A DNA stretch of 64,000 nt from Alphaproteobacteria bacterium (GTDB taxonomy: Bacteria; Pseudomonadota; Alphaproteobacteria; UBA2966): NCBI GenBank assembly GCA_030740435.1, contig JASLXG010000066.1, positions 24,603-88,602 on the forward strand. The letters run 5' to 3'. The notes under the pieces were generated by a model. It saw only the letters and a list, made by a program, of their open reading frames with translations, searched no databases and was not told the DNA's origin. Numbering within the stretch: position 1 is the stretch's first letter; each line of letters starts with the position of its first letter. The position numbers were made by a program, and so were the translations under genes. Below are positions 1 through 6,649 of this stretch, piece by piece.

Positions 1-230
1 TGCACAACGGCAACTTCTTCGAACTCAGCGAAGTGGTCGAGTTCTACAACGAAGGCGGTGACCAGAACGAGTTCTCGGCCAACAAGACCAAGTTGCTCAA
101 GCCCCTCAACCTCTCGGACGAGGAGCAGGAGGACCTGGTGGCCTTCCTGGATTCCCTGAGCGGCGACGAAATCAAGATCACGTCGCCCAAGCTGCCGCCC
201 TATGCGCCGCTGCCGGCGTCGACGAATTGA
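1..230 (+). CDS. di-haem cytochrome c peroxidase / MauG-family protein, C-terminal end (5' part outside window)
   Basis: Frame open from the window edge (codons from nt 3) reads HNGNFFELSEVVEFYNEGGDQN...LSDEEQEDLVAFLDSLSG. This is the conserved C-terminal block of bacterial CCP/MauG proteins. Stop TGA at 228-230. Confidence 0.7.
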   Translation, partial: HNGNFFELSEVVEFYNEGGDQNEFSANKTKLLKPLNLSDEEQEDLVAFLDSLSGDEIKITSPKLPPYAPLPASTN

Positions 231-244
231 GCGGGGATGCAATC

Positions 245-835
245 ATGAAAATCGAAACGCAAACTGTGATTTCCGCCCACCAGGCCCACGACATGGTGGC
301 TTCTGGGGCGGTCCACGAAGGCCACGGCAAGTGCCTGATGAGCCGGCGCCAGTTCCTGCTGACCTCGGGTGCCACCAGCGTCGTGATGGTCAGTGCCGGT
401 CCCGGCCTGGCTGCCGCGCCGGCCGTGGTGTCGGGTTATAAGCGCCAGAAGATCGCCAAGCTGAGCCAGCTCAAGACCGACCAGCCGGTCGATTTCAAAT
501 ACCCTGACCAGGGAGCCTTCTCGGAATCGATGGTGGTCAAGTTGGGCACGGAAGCCGGCGGCGGCGTCGGTCCGGGCCGCGACGTGGTGGCCTTCAACTA
601 TGCCTGCACCCATCAGGGCGGGACTTTGAGCGGCACCTACAAGGGCGACACCAAGTCGCTGGGCGCCTGCCCGCTGCACCTTTCGACCTATGACCTGACG
701 CGCCACGGCATTTTGATCTCGGGCCAGGCCTACCAGAGCCTGCCCCAGGTGCTGCTGGAGTTGAAGGGCGACGATGTTTTTGCCGTGGGCGTCTTCGGGC
801 TGATCTTCGGCCGCTACGACAATCTGTTGGGTTAG
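245..835 (+). CDS. TAT-exported Rieske [2Fe-2S] small subunit, arsenite-oxidase/iodate-reductase (AioB/IdrB)-like
   Basis: Twin-arginine signal (MSRRQFLLTSGATSVV...AAAPA). Rieske boxes C-T-H (nt 605-613) and C-P-L-H 18 residues later. Sits directly upstream of the AioA-like large subunit, as in aioBA. Start ATG 245 (GGGGA 7 nt upstream) preferred; ATG 338 is an alternative. Confidence 0.8.
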   Translation: MKIETQTVISAHQAHDMVASGAVHEGHGKCLMSRRQFLLTSGATSVVMVSAGPGLAAAPAVVSGYKRQKIAKLSQLKTDQPVDFKYPDQGAFSESMVVKLGTEAGGGVGPGRDVVAFNYACTHQGGTLSGTYKGDTKSLGACPLHLSTYDLTRHGILISGQAYQSLPQVLLELKGDDVFAVGVFGLIFGRYDNLLG

Positions 836-848
836 GGAGCCAGGAACG

Positions 849-3521
849 ATGACAACACCCTATTACATTCCGGAAACCAACGTTCCGCTGCCGCCCAAGG
901 ACGCGGACGTCATCACCACCGCCTGCGACTACTGCATCGTGGCCTGCGGCTTCAAGGTCTACCGCTGGCCGGTGGCCGGCAACAACAAGGGTGGCCCCAA
1001 GGCCGGCCAGAACGCTTTCGGCGTCGACTTCCCGGTCTCCGCGCTGGGCGAGTGGGTGGCTCCCAACCAGCACAACATCGTGCTGCACAAGAACCAGCCC
1101 CACCACATCGTGATCATCCCCGACAAGGCCACCAAGCACGTCAACACGGATGGTGATTCGAGCCTGCGTGGCGGCTGCATCGCGCAAAAGGTCTACAATC
1201 CCCAGACGCCGACGCGCGACCGTCTGAAATCACCCTTTATGCGCATCTACGGCATCTTGCAGCCGGTGACCTGGGATTTCGCCCTCGACGTGGCGGCCGA
1301 GGTGGGGCGCCATGTCATCGCCAAGCACGGCGACAACGCCTATGGCGTCAAGACGTATTCCTACCAGTACATCGAGAACACCTACGCCATCACCAAGTTC
1401 GCGCTCCGCCACATCCGCACGGCCAACTTCACCTTCCATGATACGCCCTCGGACGTGTCGTCGACACCGGGCTTTCGCGACGCCGGCTTCGACAACTTCG
1501 GGCCGGCCTACGAAGACTGGATGAACGCCGAAACATTGTTCATGTGCGGCACCGATCCCTACGAGACCAAGACCATCCTCTTCACCCAGTGGATCATGAA
1601 GGGCATCCAGAACGGTCAGAAGGCCATCTTCATGCTGCCCCGCCGCACCGCCGGCGTTGCCTATGGCGAGAAGAACGGCGGCCTCTGGCTCGACGTAACC
1701 CCGGGCACCGACCTCCTGGTCATCAACGCCATCGCCCGCACCATCGTCGAGAACGGCTGGGAGGATTCGGAGTGGATCAAGAAGTGGGTCAACAACAAAT
1801 GGGAATCCTCCTCGGGCTTCGGCCAGGGCACGCGCAACACGCCCTGGCAGTGGCGCACCACCTGGGGCAAGTTCCAGACCAAGGGTTTCGCCGACTGGAA
1901 GAAGTGGCTCTTGAGCCGCGATGAGTTCAAGGTCGAAAACGCTTCCGCCGTCTCGGGCGTCGCCGCCAAGAAGATCCTGACCGCCGCCGAGTGGCTGGCC
2001 AAGCCCAAGAACGGCAAGCGGCCCAAGTCCTCGATCATGATCGAGAAGGGCCTTTACTGGTCCAACAACACCGGCAGCACCGAGGCCATCTCGGCGCTCG
2101 GCATTATCGTCGGGGCCGGCGGCCGGCCGGGCCAGGTCATCGGCCGGGCCGGCGGCCATCAGCGTGGCGGCCAGCGTGGCGGCAAATATCCGCGCAACAA
2201 GTCGCCCATGAAGGTGCCGGGCCGGCGCCGTCGGGCCCTGGATACCGATACCTGGACCATGGCCGGCCATACACACATGGCCCACGTCATCGGCACCACC
2301 TGGATCCAGTCCATGTGCGGCTCGCAGCAACTGGCCAAGCGCTTCCACGAACTGACGCTGGCCAACCCGCATCAGGTGCGTTCCTACGACAAGAGGGACA
2401 TCATCGAGAGTCTCAAGAAACGGGCCGATTCGGGCGGCATGGTGGTGATCAACCAGGAAATCTATCTGGTCGATCCCATCGGCAACCGTTATGCCGACAT
2501 CATCTTCCCGGCCGCCACCTGGGGCGAGGACAACTTCATGCGGGCCAACGGCGAACGCCGGCTCAGGCTCTACCAGAAGTTCTACGACGCCCCCGGCGAG
2601 GCCAAACCCGACTGGTGGATCATCGCCAACCTGGCCAAGCGCATGGGCTACGACGGCTTCGATTGGAAGAACTCCAACGACGTCGCCGAAGAGGCCTCGC
2701 GCTTCTCTCGCGGCAGCCGCAAGGACTTTCACATGGTCAAGGTGGCAGCCAAGCGCGAGGGCAAGACGCTGCACCGGAAGATGGCCGAATTCGGCACCAA
2801 CGGCATCCAGGGCCCGGTGTTCATGAACGACGACGGCTCGCTGATGGGCTGGAAGCGCTTGCATGACACCACCGCCAAACTGCCCGGTACGGGTCCGGCC
2901 GGGGCCAACGTCTTCAACAAGAAGTTGACCCACTTCAACAGCCAGACCGGCAAGTGCAACCTGCAGAAATCGCGCTGGTCGCTGTTTTCCGACTACTGGA
3001 ACTGGCTGAAGCCCAAGGGCGAGGAAATGTGGTGCACCTCGGGCCGCACCAACGAACGCTGGCAGTCGGGTTTCGACGACCGGCGCCGGCCCTACATCGT
3101 GCAGCGCTGGCCCGAGAACTATGTCGAGATGAGCCCCGAGGATGCCAAGGCCCGCGGCATCGAATCGGGAGATATGGTGATGGTCTACTCCGACCGGGTG
3201 CCCAGCCTGAAGGAAACCGTGCTCGGTGTCGAAGGCTCGGATTATTCCTTCGCCGGCCAGATGGCCAAGGGCAACGTCGAATTGACCCGGGCGGCGGTGA
3301 CCGGTGTGGCCATGGTGACGCGCCACATCAAGAAGGGCGTCCTCTATATGGACTTCCTGCACCCGGCCCAGCCGGCCAACGCGCTGGAGGGCCGCATCGT
3401 CGATTGGATCAGCGGCAATTATAATTACAAAATGGGCGTCGCCAAGGTGAAGAAGATCGGCGAATCCCCCTACAAGCGTTCCTTCCGCTCGATGTCGTTC
3501 GCGCCGCGCGATATCGTGTGA
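849..3521 (+). CDS. molybdopterin oxidoreductase large subunit, AioA/IdrA-like (3Fe-4S type); substrate unknown
   Basis: 890 aa. N-terminal C26-x2-C29-x3-C33 (TACDYCIVACGFKVYRWP) matches the 3Fe-4S arrangement of arsenite-oxidase-type subunits. Also GRAGGHQRGG block and an AioA-like C-terminal tail (...KKIGESPYKRSFRSMSF). No signal peptide of its own, consistent with hitch-hiking on the TAT Rieske partner. RBS GGGAG 835-839. Confidence 0.8.
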   Translation: MTTPYYIPETNVPLPPKDADVITTACDYCIVACGFKVYRWPVAGNNKGGPKAGQNAFGVDFPVSALGEWVAPNQHNIVLHKNQPHHIVIIPDKATKHVNTDGDSSLRGGCIAQKVYNPQTPTRDRLKSPFMRIYGILQPVTWDFALDVAAEVGRHVIAKHGDNAYGVKTYSYQYIENTYAITKFALRHIRTANFTFHDTPSDVSSTPGFRDAGFDNFGPAYEDWMNAETLFMCGTDPYETKTILFTQWIMKGIQNGQKAIFMLPRRTAGVAYGEKNGGLWLDVTPGTDLLVINAIARTIVENGWEDSEWIKKWVNNKWESSSGFGQGTRNTPWQWRTTWGKFQTKGFADWKKWLLSRDEFKVENASAVSGVAAKKILTAAEWLAKPKNGKRPKSSIMIEKGLYWSNNTGSTEAISALGIIVGAGGRPGQVIGRAGGHQRGGQRGGKYPRNKSPMKVPGRRRRALDTDTWTMAGHTHMAHVIGTTWIQSMCGSQQLAKRFHELTLANPHQVRSYDKRDIIESLKKRADSGGMVVINQEIYLVDPIGNRYADIIFPAATWGEDNFMRANGERRLRLYQKFYDAPGEAKPDWWIIANLAKRMGYDGFDWKNSNDVAEEASRFSRGSRKDFHMVKVAAKREGKTLHRKMAEFGTNGIQGPVFMNDDGSLMGWKRLHDTTAKLPGTGPAGANVFNKKLTHFNSQTGKCNLQKSRWSLFSDYWNWLKPKGEEMWCTSGRTNERWQSGFDDRRRPYIVQRWPENYVEMSPEDAKARGIESGDMVMVYSDRVPSLKETVLGVEGSDYSFAGQMAKGNVELTRAAVTGVAMVTRHIKKGVLYMDFLHPAQPANALEGRIVDWISGNYNYKMGVAKVKKIGESPYKRSFRSMSFAPRDIV

Positions 3522-3530
3522 GTCGACTTG

Positions 3531-3590
3531 CGGGCGGGCTTGGCCGGGATTTTTTCTGGGTCAAGCCCGCCCGATCTTTATGTTCCTTTG
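3531..3590 (+). terminator. stem-loop after the AioA-like gene (possible terminator/attenuator or RNA-processing site)
   Basis: Perfect 12-bp inverted repeat CGGGCGGGCTTG (3531-3542) / CAAGCCCGCCCG (3562-3573), extendable by G-U, C-G and C-G pairs. Followed by a moderately T-rich stretch ATCTTTATGTTCCTTT. Confidence 0.4.
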
Positions 3591-3607
3591 GGATTAGAGT
3601 GCGATAA

Positions 3608-5803
3608 GTGATGAACCAGCATGACCCGCTTGCGCTCCAGCACAATGGAACGGCTGACGTCGTGGCCCTGAAGGCCAACGTCGTGGCCGCCCTGGCCGGC
3701 CTCCTGGGCCAAGGACCCGACGTGGTGCGCTGCGCCGCCGCCCGGGCCCTGGGGGTAATGGGATCCGAGGCTGCCGTCGAGCCACTGGTGGCGGCCTTGC
3801 TGGACGAGGACGAGGACGTGCGCACGGACGCCGCCGGGGCGCTGGCCCGTCTCGGCGCTGCGGCGGCCGACAAGCAGCTTCTGGAAAATTTGCTCGGCGA
3901 TCCCTGCGCCGACGTCAAGGCGGCCGCCATCCGGGCCCTGGCGGGCTCAAGGAATTCCGACGTCGTGCCTTGGCTGCGCCGCCTGGCGGCTGGCCGTGAC
4001 GAGGAGATCGCCTGGGACGAAGAGGCCTTTTTCGACCAGGACTGGGACGATTGGGTGGACTTGCAGGTGGCCGCCATCGAGGCCCTGGCCGAAATGGGCG
4101 GCACCGAGGCGGTGCCCGATATCGTCGCCGCCCTCGATGACGAATACGCCCAGGACATCACCGAGACCGCCTTCAAGGCCCTGGCGCGCCTGGGCGACGA
4201 GGGACTGACTGCGCTCTCGATCTATGCCGAGGGCGGCGACCAGCGCCTGCGCCGGCGCGCCGCGGCGGTCATGGCTACGGCCGGCGGCGAGGTGGCCGAG
4301 GCGGCGGTGGAGCGCGCGCTCGGCGATCCCGAGCCGGCCGTGCGCCTGGCCGTGGCCGAGGTGCTGGCCGCCAAGGCGGCCGCCGATCCCCGGCTCGAGG
4401 CTTTGCTCGGCGATGCCGATCCCGGGCTGCGCGCCATCGCGGCCGTGCGCTGGGGGGAGCACCACCCGGCCGGCCTGAGGCCGCTTTTCGAGGACCGCTC
4501 GGCCGCCGTGCGAACGGCTGCTTTCGCCGCCCTGGCGGCAGCCCCGGCCACTCCCGACGACGAAGGCCTGGCAGATCTCTTGCACCGTAACTTGGCGGCG
4601 ACGCCGGACCAGGTGCCGGCGGCCGCGGCCCAGGCCCTGGCGGCGCACTTCGGACAGGCGGCGCTCGATGACTTGGCGGCGCTGCTGGCGGACCGGTCCC
4701 GTGGACCGGAAGTGCGGCTGGGCGCGTTGCGTGGCCTTGGCCGTCTGGGCCTGGCGGCGGTGCCCGCGCTGAGCGGGCAATTGGCCGATGACGAACGCCA
4801 GATCCGCCTCGAAGCCATGACGGCGCTGGCCGGCGTCGCCAAGGCCGAGAGCTGGCCCAACGCCGCCGGCGAGAGCCTGCTGGCGGCCTTGCGCGGCGAG
4901 ATGGTGGCTGAGCCCGAGCCGGAACCAGAGGCCGAACCCGAGCCGGAACCAGAGCCCGAGCCCGAGCCCGACGAATCAGCCTTCCCGGAATCGACGCTGG
5001 CGGCCATCCTGGGCCCCGAATCGCCGCTGCTGGAAGCCCATGGCGAGGTCCGCGGTGGTGCCGAACTGGGTCCCGATGATTTGGAATTCCTCGGCTTGGC
5101 CCGCGAGGCCCGGCAGGCCGGCGGCAAGAAGCGGGTGCCGCTGGTGCCCGATGTGGCGACCCACCAGGACGTGCCGCGCTTTGCCGCCAACCTGCTCGGC
5201 GATATCGCCCGTGACGAAGTGGCGTTGGCGCTGACGCAAGCTCTGCCGGCCGCCGACCGCGAGTTGCGCATCGAGGCGGCGCGATCGTTGGGCCGCATCG
5301 GTGAGGTGCTGGGCGAGCTGCCCGAGGGGGCATTCGAGGCCCTGGCGGCGCTCAGCCAGGATCGTGAGCGCGATCTCAAGCTGGCCGCCGTGCGCAGCCT
5401 GGGCCTGGCTCCGCTGGCGCTGGCTGAGCCCTTGCTGCGGGCCGGACTCGAGGACGAGGACGGTTTCGTGCGCCGCGAGGCGGTCTCCGCCCTGGCCCGG
5501 CTGGGCCCCGTCGACGGTGCCGTCGACGCCCTTTTGCACGACAACGAGCCCGGCGTGCGCCTGGCCGTGGCGGAGGCGCTTTGCGCCTCGGGCCGCGAGG
5601 ACGCCCTGGCCCTGCTGATGGATTTCGCCTTTGCCTTCGGCGGCGCCCAGCGCCGCGAGGCCGGGCGGCTGCTGCGCCGCCTCGACGCCCCGGCCGCCAA
5701 TGCCCGGCTGTTGCAGGTGCTCGAAGACGAAAGCCGCGAGCCGGTCTGGCAGGTGGCCATCGAGATGCTGGAGGAAATCAATGCTTCCGTGGCGGGTGGA
5801 TAG
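3608..5803 (+). CDS. HEAT-repeat (PBS-lyase HEAT-like) protein, cytoplasmic
   Basis: 731 aa with many repeats of the pattern D(x)xVRxxAAxALGxxG...AvpxLxxxLxD. No signal peptide. GTG 3608 / ATG 3611 start. Confidence 0.75.
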   Translation: MMNQHDPLALQHNGTADVVALKANVVAALAGLLGQGPDVVRCAAARALGVMGSEAAVEPLVAALLDEDEDVRTDAAGALARLGAAAADKQLLENLLGDPCADVKAAAIRALAGSRNSDVVPWLRRLAAGRDEEIAWDEEAFFDQDWDDWVDLQVAAIEALAEMGGTEAVPDIVAALDDEYAQDITETAFKALARLGDEGLTALSIYAEGGDQRLRRRAAAVMATAGGEVAEAAVERALGDPEPAVRLAVAEVLAAKAAADPRLEALLGDADPGLRAIAAVRWGEHHPAGLRPLFEDRSAAVRTAAFAALAAAPATPDDEGLADLLHRNLAATPDQVPAAAAQALAAHFGQAALDDLAALLADRSRGPEVRLGALRGLGRLGLAAVPALSGQLADDERQIRLEAMTALAGVAKAESWPNAAGESLLAALRGEMVAEPEPEPEAEPEPEPEPEPEPDESAFPESTLAAILGPESPLLEAHGEVRGGAELGPDDLEFLGLAREARQAGGKKRVPLVPDVATHQDVPRFAANLLGDIARDEVALALTQALPAADRELRIEAARSLGRIGEVLGELPEGAFEALAALSQDRERDLKLAAVRSLGLAPLALAEPLLRAGLEDEDGFVRREAVSALARLGPVDGAVDALLHDNEPGVRLAVAEALCASGREDALALLMDFAFAFGGAQRREAGRLLRRLDAPAANARLLQVLEDESREPVWQVAIEMLEEINASVAGG
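4910..4972 (+). repeat. in-frame (Glu-Pro)n low-complexity tract inside the HEAT-repeat gene
   Basis: Encodes EPEPEPEAEPEPEPEPEPEPD. The 18-nt unit CCCGAGCCGGAACCAGAG occurs twice (4913-4930 and 4937-4954). Confidence 0.9.
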
Positions 5804-5835
5804 GGAGGCAAACGAACGATGCCAATGAGGAGAGG

Positions 5836-6618
5836 ATGACAATGAAAGCGCAGACGAAATTAGGCTCTTTGGCGATTGCCGTGGCGGTCGCGGTGGCCTT
5901 GGCGGCACCCGCCCAGGCGGCTAAGAAGTACAAGGAAATCGACGTCCAGAACGGCGCCACCATCAGCGGGCGTGTGAGCTTCGAAGGCGCGCTCCCGGCC
6001 GACGCGGTGGAGAAGATCCTGATCACCAAGGATCCCAAGATCTGCGGCGAGGGTGAACGCGAAGTGGTCTGGATCGACGTCAAGGACGGCGCGCTGCGCG
6101 GCAGCTTCGTCTTCATCAACAAAATAAAAGAGGGCAAGAAGTGGGGCGCCCCGACCGGCGGCAAGTACATCATCGACCAGAAGGGTTGCCGCTTCAATCC
6201 CTGGGCCCAGGTGGTGCAGCCCGGCCCCATCACCATCCGCCACTCGGACCCGGGGGCGCTGCATAACATCAACACGCGCGAGATCATCGGCGTGGGCAAG
6301 AAGAAGTCGGTCAAGCGCACCATGTTCAACTTCGGCCAGCCCGAGCCCGGCGATATCGAACAGGCGCTGAAGCCCAGGCGCTCAGCCTTCATCGGCATCA
6401 ACTGCGAGGCCCACAACTTCATGTTCGGCTACATGATGGCACCCAAACACCCCTATGCCGTGGTGGTCGCGGACGACGGCTCGTTCAGCCTTGGCGACGT
6501 GCCGCCAGGCAAGTATTCGGTGCGTGCCTGGCATCCCCGGCTCGGCCTCAAGAAGACCAAGATCACGGTGGCGGCCGGAGCCAAGGCGGAAGCCAATTTC
6601 GCTTTCAAGGCCAAGTAG
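5836..6618 (+). CDS. periplasmic cupredoxin-like protein (putative type-1 Cu site) with carboxypeptidase-regulatory-like beta-sandwich ends
   Basis: Sec signal (AVAVALAAPAQA). C190-E-A-H193-N-F-M196 (nt 6403-6423) is an amicyanin-style C-x2-H-x2-M loop, with upstream His candidates at 6241-6243 and 6262-6264. The N-terminal GATISGRVSFEG and C-terminal DGSFSLGDVPPGKYSVRAW resemble CarboxypepD_reg strands. RBS GAGGAGAGG precedes ATG 5836. Confidence 0.55.
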   Translation: MTMKAQTKLGSLAIAVAVAVALAAPAQAAKKYKEIDVQNGATISGRVSFEGALPADAVEKILITKDPKICGEGEREVVWIDVKDGALRGSFVFINKIKEGKKWGAPTGGKYIIDQKGCRFNPWAQVVQPGPITIRHSDPGALHNINTREIIGVGKKKSVKRTMFNFGQPEPGDIEQALKPRRSAFIGINCEAHNFMFGYMMAPKHPYAVVVADDGSFSLGDVPPGKYSVRAWHPRLGLKKTKITVAAGAKAEANFAFKAK

Positions 6619-6649
6619 CGGCGCCGGACGGGTGCGAGCGGAGAGGACC

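Noticed and set aside
1230-3362. 710-aa ORF on the minus strand. Similar very long antisense ORFs include 13763-16750 (995 aa), 4222-5811, 6605-8143, 8724-10244, 17444-18886, 19412-21025, 20907-22409, 21814-23439, 43454-45793, 46129-47598 and 60659-63136.
   Set aside because: All lie antisense to genes with strong, recognisable family motifs. Their translations are Arg/Ala/Gly/Pro/His-rich low-information sequence typical of stop-poor frames in GC-rich DNA, with no motif I can recognise.
4910-4972. Short tandem repeat that might be mistaken for a CRISPR-like or VNTR element.
   Set aside because: It is in frame inside the HEAT-repeat gene, encodes a Glu-Pro linker, and has no spacer/repeat architecture.
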